Origin: an uncultured Acidobacteriota bacterium
Lineage (GTDB): Bacteria; Acidobacteriota; JAQAZP01
Assembly (NCBI GenBank): GCA_963836075.1
Contig: CAWIIB010000008.1
Location: forward strand, 64,001 to 128,000
Direction: 5' to 3'
DNA: 64,000 nucleotides
This document shows, piece after piece, positions 1-10,213 of this stretch. Every line of letters starts with the position of its first letter. Positions within the stretch are counted from its first letter, which is position 1. Both the position numbers and the translations under genes were made by a program. Below the pieces are notes generated by a model, which was given only the letters and a program-made list of their open reading frames with translations, was not told where the DNA came from and searched no databases.

Positions 1-738
1 AACCAGCTCGCCGGGCCGCCGCTGTTCAAATGGGTCTTCGAAAGGCTGGGCGAAGCGCGCTCCCGGAAAGAGGAGGAGGAAGAGGAGCGCCGGGCGATCA
101 TCTTCGGCCTCGAAGACCAGGCGCTGGCCCTCGCCGTGCAGCTTGAGGACCACGGCTGGCAGGCCACGGTGGCCAGCCGGCGGGCGGCCGGCCTGGTCGA
201 GCCGCCCGAGGAATCACCGGTGGCCATCGAACACATCGACGACCTCTCGCCGGAGTCGCTGCGCCGCCTCGGCGCGCCCCACGCCGACGCCCTGGTCTGC
301 CTGCTCTCCGACGAGGAGAACCTGCGGATCTGCCGCACGGCCCGGGAGTCCTTCGCCACCGACACCCTGGTGGTGCGGCTCCACGACCGGGAGAAGATGG
401 CAGTCTTCCACGACCTGGGAGCGCTGATCGTCGATCCGACCACCGCCCTGGTTTCACTGATGGACCACCTGGTGCGTGCACCCTCAGCCACCAGCCTGCT
501 GCTGGGGCTGGACAGTGGGCAGGACGTGATCGAGCTGGAGGTGCGCAGACGCACCCTCGAGGGGATGGCCATGCGCGACCTCGAGCTGCCGCTGAACGCG
601 CTGACCCTTTCCGTGCGGCGAGGGGGACGGATGATCATCTCCCACGGCTATACACGGCTGGCCCGGGGAGACAGGGTCTCGATCCTCGTCAGCTCGGATG
701 AGGAGCGAAAAGCGGTTCAGCGCTATTTCCGGGAGTGA
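1..738 (+). CDS. C-terminal part of a probable cation:proton antiporter with TrkA-N/TrkA-C (RCK) domains, 5' partial
   Basis: Frame is open from base 1 (NQLAGPPLFKWVFERLGEA...). It continues into IIFG...ALALA (TrkA-N-like) and ends in an RCK_C signature (LSVRRGGRMIISHGYTRLARGDRV). Confidence 0.75.
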   Translation, partial: NQLAGPPLFKWVFERLGEARSRKEEEEEERRAIIFGLEDQALALAVQLEDHGWQATVASRRAAGLVEPPEESPVAIEHIDDLSPESLRRLGAPHADALVCLLSDEENLRICRTARESFATDTLVVRLHDREKMAVFHDLGALIVDPTTALVSLMDHLVRAPSATSLLLGLDSGQDVIELEVRRRTLEGMAMRDLELPLNALTLSVRRGGRMIISHGYTRLARGDRVSILVSSDEERKAVQRYFRE

Positions 739-1309
739 AGGGATAATGGCCGAACGGCACGGCCGGTGACCGAAACCGTCCCCGGAAGATCAGCCGTGTT
801 CCCACGTCGGTCTTTTATCACGAAATCGTTGGGCTCAGCCCCATTCGGCGCACGATCGGGCCGAGTGTTCGCTTGGCGAACAGCCAGGGCCTTGATAGCC
901 TCCTCCATGGTGCCCTCACCTCATACCTCCCTCGATATTTGTTGATCGTTCAACTCACTATGATCTATAGAAATCATCGATATCAAGGTGGGGCCGCACT
1001 CATCTGAATCGTATGCCGCTGCCCTGGTATTTCGGGGATCGCTTTCGCATGCGATAACGTTCCCAGCCGCCCTGAGCGCCCGAAGGCGTCACCGTGCCTT
1101 TCCAGGACGGCAGAATGATGGATTTCTGTTGACATCCGAAAGCGCCGGGCTTTTACGGTACCGGAAAACCGGCTCCTGACGCAGTTTGCCAGCGAAGATG
1201 AGGATACCAGGCTTCGTATCCGTCAGTACTGCTCTCCCCGCGAACGTCGTCCCATTCGCGGCGCGGACAACACGTCCACAACACGCGGTTAACTATAGGA
1301 GGTAGCCTC

Positions 1310-2990
1310 ATGTTTCGATCGATCAAATTACGAAACAGAGATCCCCGGCCCGTTCTGCGGCGGTCTTCACCGTCGCTTTTGCCCTCGTGCACTGTCGGCC
1401 AGGCACAACTCCACCAGGCCTGGACCGAACGGTGGGATGGGTCGCCGTCCGGTGACGACGGCGGCTGGGCCGTGGCCACCGACAGCGCGGGGAATATCAT
1501 CGTCGCCGGAGAGACGGGGACAGCGGCCAACGGCTCCGACGCCCTGGTGATCAAATACGACCGGTCGGGCAAGTTCCTTGGCAGCAGACCTACAACGGAC
1601 CGGGGAACGCCACCGATTCTGGATCAACGTCGCCGTCGACGGCAGCGACCGCATCGTCGTCCAGGGGCAGTCGGACGGTGGGGCGACGAGCTACGATTTC
1701 GTCACCAGGGTCTATGCCGGCGACGGCACGCCCCTTTGGGTCCAGCGCTACGACGGGCTGGGCAGCGGCTACGACCTGGCCTCGCCATGGACCTCGACGG
1801 GCAGGACAACATCTATGCCGTGGGCATCGAGGAAGGCACGACGGCCTGGAGGAGTTCACCACGATCAAGTACCTGCCGGACGGCACCGAGGCCTGGGTGC
1901 GCCGATACGAGTCTTCGTCTACCCGCCCAACGAGCGGGCCTGGGGTGAGGGCCTTGCGGTGACCGCGGCGGCACGGTCTACGCCGGGGGCGACGCGATCA
2001 ACGCTTCGGGCGGTCTCGACTTCGCGCTGCTCAAGTACGACACCAACGGGAACCTGCTGTGGGACCAGCTGTTCGACAGCACCTTCGGCGGGGGCGATGC
2101 CTTTCGGGGAATGGCCCTGGGGCCGAACGAGGAGATCTACCTCTGCGGCATCTCGGAATCTGCTTCCGGGATCGAGGACGCGTGCCCAATATGACGCTGC
2201 CGGCTCCTTTCAGTGGGAAGGGCGGTACGGCGGGTCCGTCGGGTATCACTACGGCGAGTATCTTGCCGTCGACCAGAACGGCAATGCTTTGTCGCCGGGA
2301 AATCCACCAACACCGCAGGGTATTTGACTGGGTGACGGTCTGCTTCGACATCAACGGCACCAGCAGTGGGCGCACCGTTACCAGCCGTCCTACTATGTGG
2401 GGATAACTCGCCCAACGGCATCGCCCTGGACGGCCAGGGCGGCGTCTATGTCTGCGGCAACATCTGGTACTGGCACTACGAGGGGCACAACGCGGGCTGG
2501 TCAAGTACGACACCGCCGGGTCTTCAATGGGAGCATGATCTGGACGGCCCCGCCGGCGGGGATGACGCGTGGTTCGGCGTCGCGGTGGACGGGTCGCAAC
2601 AGGTGGTGGCCACGGGCATCTCCCTGGGTGAGGGACCGAACTCGACCTGCTGCTGGGCAGGTACCGGCAGAACGGGCCGCCGACGATCCAGGTCAGCCCG
2701 ATGCCGCTGGTGGCGGGTCAACCGGCCACTTTCACCGTGACGAACGTCGAGCCCGGCGCCGAGACCTACCTGGCCTACAGCACGGTGGGAACGGGAACGG
2801 TATACGCCGGATTCCTTGACGTGACCCTCGGCCTGGCCAACCCGAAGCAAGCGGGACCGATCCTGCCGGCCGAGCAGGCGGCACCGCCCAGTGGAACATC
2901 ACCATCCCACAATGGGTCCAGGCTCCGACTTCTGGTTCCAGGGCGCAATACCACGAGGCGACCAACGTGGTGGCCACCACGGCGCAGTAA
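1310..2990 (+). pseudogene. Secreted beta-propeller (SBBP-repeat-like) protein, heavily frameshifted
   Basis: RBS AGGAGG lies before ATG 1310. Repeated blades (VATDSAGNIIVAG, VAVDGSDRIVVQG, LAVDQNGNA, IALDGQGGVYVCG, VAVDGSQQVVATG; KYD..G...W) are spread over all three frames. It ends VVATTAQ* at 2990. Confidence 0.7.
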
Positions 2991-3286
2991 GAGAGGGGTT
3001 ACCGGCGGGACGAGCCGACGATGGCGGACTCTCGCCCCATATTCTCACAGCCCATCTGCCGTGACGGCGGAAAGGCCCACATCTGTTCGTTGCCCAGGAA
3101 CTCCCACCTCGACGTCTCTCAATAGGTCATCGCCGGGCCTTTCTCGTGCGCCTTGCAACCACGGGCATTTCCACCGACTGACGATGATGCCCCGTGAAAG
3201 TTGGGGGAGAATAAGGGGGGGGGTCGGTGCCGCCGCGGGGCATTCCGGGCCGGGGGGCCAAAACTGCGACATCGAGAAGGGGAAAT

Positions 3287-3301
3287 TCAGGGATTCCCCT
3301 A
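3287..3301. promoter_or_regulatory. Palindromic regulator site TCAGG-GATTC-CCCTA upstream of sodB
   Basis: Matches the recurring TCRGG-N5-CCYKA motif. It overlaps a larger AGGGGAA-N9-TTCCCCT inverted repeat. Confidence 0.5.
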
Positions 3302-3464
3302 TTGGCTCGTCGCGCAGAACGTGTTCCTCTTGAGGGAGATGTTCGAGGATTCGTGTGCCGGCCTGCCGCACGGCCCTCGAGGCGACAGGCGCCTGGTTAT
3401 TCCGAAGGCCCGCCGCTTACGCATGCAATCATCGCAGGCCGCTTGATAACCGTCAGGAGGAATC

Positions 3465-4058
3465 ATGTCCTTTTCACTGCCCAAACTGCCGTACGACAGC
3501 GACGCGCTGGCGCCCCACATCAGTGCACGAACCGTGGCATATCACTATGGCAAGCACCACCGGGCCTACGTTGACAAACTCAACGACCTGATCGTCGGCA
3601 CCGCGTATGCCGACAAAACGTTGGAGGAGATCATCCGCCTCTCCGTGACGGACCAGGATAAGCCTGCCATTTTCAACAATGCCGCCCAGGTCTGGAACCA
3701 CACGTTTTACTGGAAATCGATGAAGCCGGGGGGGGGAGGGAAACCCACCGGCCCCATCTGGGAGTTGATCAAAACCGGGTTCAGGAAGTACGAACTCTTC
3801 GTGGAGGCGTTGAAGAATGCCGGCTTGTCCCAGTTCGGCAGCGGTTGGGTATGGCTAGTGCTGGAGAAAGGAGCCCCGCGGATCATCAAGACAGCGAATG
3901 CCCGGACACCCATCACCGATGGCCTCGAACCGCTGCTCACCGTCGACGTTTGGGAGCATGCCTACTACCTCGATCACCAGAACAGGCGCGGCGACTATCT
4001 CGATGTGTTCCTCGAACAGCTGGTCAACTGGGATTTCGCCAACCAAAATCTCTCCTGA
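3465..4058 (+). CDS. sodB: Superoxide dismutase [Fe]
   Basis: Motifs LPKLPY, HYGKHH, FNNAAQVWNH (Fe-type), QFGSGW and DVWEHAYY; RBS AGGAGG. Confidence 0.95.
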   Translation: MSFSLPKLPYDSDALAPHISARTVAYHYGKHHRAYVDKLNDLIVGTAYADKTLEEIIRLSVTDQDKPAIFNNAAQVWNHTFYWKSMKPGGGGKPTGPIWELIKTGFRKYELFVEALKNAGLSQFGSGWVWLVLEKGAPRIIKTANARTPITDGLEPLLTVDVWEHAYYLDHQNRRGDYLDVFLEQLVNWDFANQNLS

Positions 4059-4114
4059 GGACCTGGCCCAAACGCCGAACCGGAATGAGGATACGATTGA
4101 TGGGGGAGGGAGCG

Positions 4115-4540
4115 ATGCCCGCAACGGAACGACAGGAACTGATTGACGAATTGAACAAGGACCTCGAATTGGAATACGCCGCGGCGGTCCAGTATGTGCA
4201 GCATGCGTCGGTGATCACCGGCGCCCAGTACGAACCGATAGCCACGGAACTGGTGGTCCACTCGCAGGAGGAGATGCAGCACGCGGTGGCCATTGCCGAA
4301 CAGATCGATTTTCTCGGCGGTGTGCCCACCGTCGAGGTGGAGAAACGTGAAATCGCTGATACCGTGCTCGAGATGCTGCAGCAGGACCTGCGGGGCGAGG
4401 AAACTGCGATCAGTCGGTACAAGGAACGGATAGCGCTTGCGGAAAAGCTCCGGGAATACGGTCTGCGGCGGATTATCGAAGAGATCCTGATCCAGGAGGA
4501 GGAGCACAAGCGGGACCTGCTCACCGCCATGGACCGGTGA
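4115..4540 (+). CDS. Ferritin-like / bacterioferritin-family protein
   Basis: Di-iron ligand pattern ELEY..QYVQH, EEMQH, EETAI..Y, EEEH; ATG at 4115 follows GGAGGGAG. Confidence 0.85.
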   Translation: MPATERQELIDELNKDLELEYAAAVQYVQHASVITGAQYEPIATELVVHSQEEMQHAVAIAEQIDFLGGVPTVEVEKREIADTVLEMLQQDLRGEETAISRYKERIALAEKLREYGLRRIIEEILIQEEEHKRDLLTAMDR

Positions 4541-4627
4541 AGGAAGAGCGCGCACTGCTATCGAGCAGGTGAAGTGAAGTGGTGAGCAGAACCGGAGCGA
4601 TGCAGTTCCACAAAAGAGGAGTTATCG

Positions 4628-5152
4628 ATGCACGGGATTCTCGACCGCATGATCCGTGCCGCCAGGCTGGACATCAACCTATACGAAGAGGTCGAGGCCG
4701 ATCGGGGAGCCATGACCCAGGCGATGCTGGTGGTGGTCCTGGCCAGCGTGGCTGCCGGCCTGGGAAGCCTGAATCGCGTCGGCGGGGCGGGCATTATCGC
4801 CGGCACGCTGTTCGCCCTGGCCGGCTGGTACCTCTGGGCCTTTCTCACCTATATCATCGGCACGAGATTGCTCCCCGAACCGCAGACCAGCGCCGACTAC
4901 GGTGAGTTGCTGCGCACCATCGGCTTCTCCAGTGCCCCGGGGGTTGTCCGGCTGCTCGGCATCATCCCCGGGCTCTGGCTGGCGGTCAATCTGGCGGCCA
5001 ACATCTGGATGCTGGCCGCCATGGTTGTTGCCGTGCGCCAGGCCCTCGACTACCGCAGCACCTGGCGCGCCGTCGGCGTCTGTCTCATCGGCTGGGTTGC
5101 CCAGACCCTGTTGCTCATCATCCTCTTCGGAGTGTTCTCGCTATTCCGCTGA
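4628..5152 (+). CDS. YIP1-family membrane protein
   Basis: About 5 hydrophobic segments; motifs YEEVEAD, LLRTIGFSSAPG and VVAVRQALDY. Confidence 0.75.
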   Translation: MHGILDRMIRAARLDINLYEEVEADRGAMTQAMLVVVLASVAAGLGSLNRVGGAGIIAGTLFALAGWYLWAFLTYIIGTRLLPEPQTSADYGELLRTIGFSSAPGVVRLLGIIPGLWLAVNLAANIWMLAAMVVAVRQALDYRSTWRAVGVCLIGWVAQTLLLIILFGVFSLFR

Positions 5153-5220
5153 CACCTGTGGCGCCGGCGGTAAACCACAGAACAGCAGGTGGCCCGCCAG
5201 GCCGAGGGACACGACCGTGA

Positions 5221-5559
5221 TCATTTGCGAGCTGTGCGGCCATGTCCCGAATGGGCCGGACGTCGGGCTCTCGGCGGCTCCGGCGGCTCTTCCGGCGGCG
5301 GCTCGATCGGGGGCTCGGGTGGTTCTTCCGGCGGCGGCTCGATCGGCGGCTCCGGCGGCTCTTCCGGCGGCGGCTCGATCGGGGGCTCGGGTGGTTCTTC
5401 CGGCGGCGGCTTGATTGGCGGCTCGGGTGGCTCCCTGGGTGGGGGTTTGATCGGCGGTTCGGGCACGGGGTCACGACGGCGGCCTCGGCCCGGACGCTCA
5501 TCACGTCCGGTGGCCCCGGGGCCACCAACCCGTCTCTCATCATGGTGTCGAATTCTCAT
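5221..5559 (-). CDS. Small Pro/Glu-rich repeat protein (PPPEEPPEPPIE repeats)
   Basis: Strong RBS (AAGGAGGG) just upstream of ATG 5559; the repeat is in frame. Confidence 0.6.
   Translation of the reverse strand: MRIRHHDERRVGGPGATGRDERPGRGRRRDPVPEPPIKPPPREPPEPPIKPPPEEPPEPPIEPPPEEPPEPPIEPPPEEPPEPPIEPPPEEPPEPPRARRPAHSGHGRTARK
5273..5463. repeat. Tandem 36-bp repeat, about 5 units, with a 72-bp higher-order A-B-A-B' structure
   Basis: A=ggcggctccggcggctcttccggcggcggctcgatc and B=gggggctcgggtggttcttccggcggcggctcgatc alternate. Confidence 0.9.
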
Positions 5560-5674
5560 CTCACCCTCCTTCCGAATGCGTTCGTGCCGAGTTGATCCAT
5601 GCTCGCATCAGGTGCCGGGAATCTCGCCACGATGGATATTGGTCAACGGAGCGGCTGCTCTGTGCTTTACCGCT

Positions 5675-6306
5675 TCACGGTCTCATTCCTTCCGGCCACT
5701 GGCGATGGCAAACCCGTGAAGATGTGGTTTCCCGTGACTGGTGTCGAGTCCGAGACGCTCTTCGTAGCGCGTGATGCGGCAGAGCCCGGCCAGGCGTTGG
5801 CAATTCGCTCCGCGATAAGTAGTGGGCGATCGCCCCGGCCGTTTCGCTGACGCCCGGCCCAGCCTTCCTCGCGTATCCGGGATCAGCAACCGTGTGGACC
5901 TTTACCAATAGCGATCCGCCGGGCACCAGTGCATTGACGAGCCGTTCGAGCGCTTGATCGATCTCGTCGGCGGGCAGGTGGTCGAGCAGTGTTACAGCCG
6001 CAGCCAGGTTGAAACGGGCACCCTGAAACACCAGCGGCGCACGTCGGCCACAACACCGGCTATTCGACGGGCGAGTGACCGGCGGCGGGCGATCCGCAGC
6101 ATGCTCGCAACACCCTCCGCCGACCGATCCAACGAGGTCACCTCGAAACCCCTGGCGGCCAGCAGCAAGCTGTTCCGCCCGTCGCCGCAACCAAGGTCGA
6201 GTGCCGCCCGACGGCGGGCTCATTCTCGAGCAGGCGCCCAACGACGGCGTGGTTTATCACCGTAGGCCAACTCCGTATTGCGGTAAAACCTGTTAAAGTC
6301 CTTCAT
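5675..6306 (-). pseudogene. Class I SAM-dependent methyltransferase (TehB-like), frameshifted
   Basis: Starts MKDFNRFYRNTELAYGDKP at 6306. Motif [26 protein letters not shown] is in one frame and LDHL...LVPGG in another. The 3' end is approximate. Confidence 0.7.
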
Positions 6307-6646
6307 GGAATACCTCAGCGCCGCCTCCACTTGTGGCGCACAGCTGGAACCTTTATCCCTTCACGCTGTCGGCTCATCTATACGATGACGCATGAGCATG
6401 GCCCGGTCCATCGGCCAATACCTTACACCGGCACTCGGTAATCCTGACGTCGAAAACCGACATGCCGGCGTCCGGCCCAAGCCGGCTCGAGACTGCGCCG
6501 CACGGAAAAACGCAGGCCGGTGGTGCCGGTTCGGGTGATTGATCTCCACTTGCACACGGAAAATAGATCTGAACCGGTGCAGGGATCGACCTTGCCGCCG
6601 TTTCTCCCTATCCTTATTGTGGTTTCAGGGAATGGAGCTCCCTCTC

Positions 6647-6661
6647 TCGGGTCATCCCCGA
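6647..6661. promoter_or_regulatory. Palindromic regulator site TCGGG-TCATC-CCCGA
   Basis: Perfect 5-5-5 palindrome about 105 bp upstream of the 6767 gene. Confidence 0.5.
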
Positions 6662-6766
6662 TAGTTTACGTGACAGGTGATTGCTAGGCTGTAAGCGACA
6701 ATCATCGATTGGGTGCGGCGGCACCGCCCGCGACGCCCGGCATTGAAATAGGGAGGCCAAAATACG

Positions 6767-7165
6767 ATGTTGATAATTACTGATCTGGCAATCGCCCTGA
6801 TATTCACCCTGCTCATCGGGCTGTTCTTTCTCGGCTGCCGCCGCTGCGGCCCGTGGCAGGGTCTCGGCTGGTTCTTCATGCTGCTCTTTCTCTTCACCTG
6901 GGCTGGCGGTGTCTGGACCGGCCCCTACGGGCCCGTTCTCTGGGGTTACTATTGGCTGCCCTTCTTCATCGTCGGCATTGTCTTCGCCCTGCTTCTGGCG
7001 GCGGCCGTGGTCCCCCGGCCCCCGCGCAACAGGAAGGAAGCGTTCAAGCAGGCGAAGACCGAGGCCGCGGCGGAACAGGTAACAGACATGGCGGTGAACA
7101 CCTTCTTCTGGATACTGGTGATGGTCCTCGTGGCGGCCCTGGCGACGCATTACCTGGCGGCCTGA
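6767..7165 (+). CDS. Hypothetical membrane protein (about 4 TM)
   Basis: RBS GGGAGG; hydrophobic segments; WAGGVW.GP.GP...G..WLPF motif. Confidence 0.7.
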   Translation: MLIITDLAIALIFTLLIGLFFLGCRRCGPWQGLGWFFMLLFLFTWAGGVWTGPYGPVLWGYYWLPFFIVGIVFALLLAAAVVPRPPRNRKEAFKQAKTEAAAEQVTDMAVNTFFWILVMVLVAALATHYLAA

Positions 7166-7180
7166 CGCCGCGGCGCCGCC

Positions 7181-7195
7181 TCGGGGATTTCCTAC
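7181..7195. promoter_or_regulatory. Regulator site TCGGG-GATTT-CCTAC
   Basis: Matches the recurring motif; lies upstream of the 7424/BON genes. Confidence 0.4.
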
Positions 7196-7423
7196 CCCGT
7201 TTCTCACGGTCTCTCCGATGGCCGGGGCGAGCCGGAAGCCGTACGATTGATGTTGAACGGGAAAACACCGGTGCCACCGGGCCATCGACGGGCACCTCCT
7301 GGCCTGGGCCGAATCAATGTGCACCTTCGAACGGTGACCAGCCGCTCGGGGGCAAAATCGAGCGGTCCGGACCGGTCGTCCGCAAGGCGGCAGGTCCCGG
7401 ACTATTTGATGGAGGGAGGCGAA

Positions 7424-7693
7424 ATGAAATCAATGGAATCGAGGCTGTCCGCGCTGGGACGAAAACTCGACGACATCCAGCTGAACGCGGCGGCGAGCGG
7501 GGAAAAAGCCCGGCTCGAGCTGGCAGACTGGAAGCTGGAGATGCAGCGGAAAATGAGCGAAATGAGGGAGCGTCTGGACCAGGCGAAAACCGGGGGAAAC
7601 GAGGCCTGGGATGACATGAAGGAGGGCGTTCAGGCGTCACTCGAAGAAATCGAGAAAGCGTTCAAGCAGGCCCGGTCGCGGTTCGGCAGCTGA
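7424..7693 (+). CDS. Small coiled-coil stress protein (sll1863-like)
   Basis: RBS GGAGGGAGG; the AW..MK.G...S...I..AF..A..RF ending is typical of this family. Confidence 0.65.
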   Translation: MKSMESRLSALGRKLDDIQLNAAASGEKARLELADWKLEMQRKMSEMRERLDQAKTGGNEAWDDMKEGVQASLEEIEKAFKQARSRFGS

Positions 7694-7751
7694 CCGAATC
7701 CGCGGCGGGCCCGCTCGTCGCCGAAGCTCAACCCCCTGAACCCAAACACCA

Positions 7752-9389
7752 ATGAAAGGAGTACGCATGTCAGTGAAAACCGACGCAGTTTCCATACGAT
7801 GCCAAACGTTTCTTACTCAGCCCCGCCGGGCGGCGGGCATTCTCGGGGCCCTTGTTCTCGGGCTGATGATGCTCTCTGGCCACTCGGCTCTGGCTGAAAT
7901 CACATCCCCGGCCGAGGAACTGCAGGCGGCTATGCCCGCACCGGAGATCACCGACGACCAGATCACCGCGGCGGTGAACACCGCCCTTATGGTCGATCCG
8001 GGAGTGAGCAGTTACCTTGTCGACGTCAAGTCCACCGGTGGGATCGTGCACCTCTCCGGGATTGTAAACAACATCCTGGCCAGGGAGCGGGCCCTCGCCG
8101 TGTCAGAAACCGTCAAGGGCGTACGCAGCGTGATCAATGAGATCGAGGTCAGAACCGCGGAGCGCACTGACGTGGATATCCTGCGGAATGTCGAAGACGC
8201 GCTGCTCCTCGACCCGGCCGCCGACGCCTACGAGATCGATGTTGCCGTCGACGACGGCACGGTGCTGCTCAGCGGTACCGTCGATTCCTGGCAGGAAAAG
8301 CAGCTTGCCGGAACCGTGGCCAAGGGCGTCGCCGGCGTCACGGCATTGCAGAACGCCATCGAGATCAATTGGACCGCCGGACGCCTGGACCACGAGATCG
8401 AGAAGGAGATCGAGGCCGCCCTGAAATGGGACGTGCTCGTCGACCGCGCGATGATCGACGTCACGGTCGAGGACGGCCAGGTGACGCTTTCCGGCGCCGT
8501 GGGCAGTGCCGCCGAAGCACGGCGCGCTGGTCAGGATGCCTGGGTTGCCGGTGTCGAATCCGTGGATCGGAGCGGGCTCGACATCGAACATTGGTCGCGG
8601 AGTGAGGGCTTCCGCGAAAAGACATACGTCGATGTCAGCGATGAGAACATCGAGCTGGCGATTCTTGATGCGTATCTCTACGATCCCCGCGTCAACATGT
8701 TCGAGGTGGATGTCACCGTCGAGGACGGTACCGTGACATTGGAGGGCACGGTGAACAACCTCAAGGCGAAGCGGGCCGCGTCGCAGGACGCCCGCAACAC
8801 CACCGGCGTGTGGCAGGTGGAAAACCGGCTGCTCGTTCGCGTACCGGACATGCCCGCGGACCGCCGGATCGCCGACAGCCTGAAAACAGCGCTGCTGCGG
8901 GACCCGCTGGTTGACCGCTTCGACATCACTGTTTCGGTGATCAACGGTGAAGCCTACCTTCGCGGGACGGTGGACACATACTTCGAGAAACTGCGGGCCC
9001 AAACCGTCGCTGAGGGCATCCCTGGCGTCATCGAAGTCAACAACATCATCGACGTGAACAACGAGTTCAACCCGTTGACCCACGACCCGTATATCGATCA
9101 CGGATGGGACTTCGGTGATACCGGCTGGTATCTCTATCCGAGGAACATAACCACCCGGCTCAGCGACTGGGAGATCCTCGAACGCATCCGCGACGAGCTC
9201 TGGTGGAGCCCGTTTGTCGATGAAGACCAGGTGACCGTTTCGGTGAATAACGGCGAGGCGACACTCAGCGGTACCGTGGAGACGTGGAGCGAGCGTGCTG
9301 CGGCGGAAAAGAACGCTTATGACGGCGGTGCCGTCTCCGTAGACAACGACCTGACGGTGATCTTCGGCCCGGCATACTACATGAAATAA
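7752..9389 (+). CDS. Periplasmic protein with six BON domains (OsmY-like)
   Basis: Signal/TM segment, then six repeats of D..I...V..AL...I.V.V.DG.V.LSG.V...A...GV..V.N.I. An alternative start lies at 7767. Confidence 0.9.
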   Translation: MKGVRMSVKTDAVSIRCQTFLTQPRRAAGILGALVLGLMMLSGHSALAEITSPAEELQAAMPAPEITDDQITAAVNTALMVDPGVSSYLVDVKSTGGIVHLSGIVNNILARERALAVSETVKGVRSVINEIEVRTAERTDVDILRNVEDALLLDPAADAYEIDVAVDDGTVLLSGTVDSWQEKQLAGTVAKGVAGVTALQNAIEINWTAGRLDHEIEKEIEAALKWDVLVDRAMIDVTVEDGQVTLSGAVGSAAEARRAGQDAWVAGVESVDRSGLDIEHWSRSEGFREKTYVDVSDENIELAILDAYLYDPRVNMFEVDVTVEDGTVTLEGTVNNLKAKRAASQDARNTTGVWQVENRLLVRVPDMPADRRIADSLKTALLRDPLVDRFDITVSVINGEAYLRGTVDTYFEKLRAQTVAEGIPGVIEVNNIIDVNNEFNPLTHDPYIDHGWDFGDTGWYLYPRNITTRLSDWEILERIRDELWWSPFVDEDQVTVSVNNGEATLSGTVETWSERAAAEKNAYDGGAVSVDNDLTVIFGPAYYMK

Positions 9390-9424
9390 CGTAGCGACCG
9401 GGCGCGAAGGCGCTGAATGGAAAC

Positions 9425-9458
9425 CACCGCCGGCCCGGCGATGCCCGGGCCGGCGGTG
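9425..9458. terminator. GC-rich hairpin after the BON gene
   Basis: caccgccggcccgg-cgatgc-ccgggccggcggtg forms a 14-bp stem; there is no clear U-tract. Confidence 0.55.
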
Positions 9459-9645
9459 CCATGTACCAGCCGCGGCGGATGACGGCGACACCGTGCTGTC
9501 CGCGAAGAAGGCTCCGCCATTGGACACGCGATTTTTCTCGACGGCAACACCTTCAGGGAAAGTCACAGCATCGACCGCCGCTGGGCTGTGGGGGATCTGA
9601 CTTAGGGAAACGGCGAAGAGAAGAGGGGAATAGGGGAAGATACAG

Positions 9646-9876
9646 ATGCCTTATGACACACTGGAAGAACTGCCTGAGCCGGTGCGCAACGTATTGCCGA
9701 AGCACGCACAGGAAATCTACCAGGCGGCCTTCAACAATGCCTGGAAGCAATATAAGAAGCCCGAGGACCGCCAAGGCGATGACGACCGCGAAACGGTTGC
9801 GCATAAAGTCGCCTGGTCCGCAGTGAAGAAAAGCTACGAAAAAGACGGCGACACGTGGTCACGCCGCGACGAGTGA
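9646..9876 (+). CDS. chaB: ChaB family protein
   Basis: MPY....ELP..VR.VLP.HAQEIY.AAFN.AW...AHKVAWSAVKK.Y.K is the canonical ChaB pattern. Confidence 0.9.
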   Translation: MPYDTLEELPEPVRNVLPKHAQEIYQAAFNNAWKQYKKPEDRQGDDDRETVAHKVAWSAVKKSYEKDGDTWSRRDE

Positions 9877-9884
9877 TGCGCCTG

Positions 9885-10125
9885 CTACAGCCGGCGGCCC
9901 GGGTCCGCCGGAACGTGCGCACCGAGAATACGGTCGCTGGTCTCCTCGATGAGTACTTTGTAGCGGGCGCACTTCTCGCCAACCTTCTTCATCGTGTTGT
10001 ATGTCGATCGGTCCCCGGCGTGCGTCTTGACCCGCAACCCCCGCTTCCGGGCCTCGTCCTGGCCGAGGCCGACGGCCGCCAGGGTCGGCATGGAGAAAAC
10101 GACGGTCGGCACAGGTCCGCAATCG
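9885..10125 (-). pseudogene. Remnant of a pyridine nucleotide-disulfide oxidoreductase dimerisation domain
   Basis: VPTVVFSMPTLAAVGL...EA...YKVLIEETSDRILGAH, with no FAD/NAD domains and no start. Confidence 0.65.
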
Positions 10126-10213
10126 GATTCGCATGTCACCCTCGCCTTTCCTCGTTTCCGCGACAACGGCGGTCCGCCGGAACGGGCCCGGTCCGCCGGT
10201 TCAACGGCATCGG

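Noticed and set aside
723-908. 61-aa minus-strand ORF with a purine-rich upstream region and nearby short inverted repeats (940-985)
   Set aside because: No recognisable motif, and it overlaps the antiporter end. The TTGATCGTTCAA element has the wrong spacing for an FNR box.
5273-5463. Possible CRISPR array
   Set aside because: Units are contiguous with no unique spacers, the period is a multiple of 3, and no cas genes are present.
5189-5719. Gly/Ser-rich ORF (GGSGGSSGGGSI repeats) on the plus strand
   Set aside because: It is the antisense reading of the Pro/Glu repeat; the minus-strand ORF has the RBS and this one has no convincing start.
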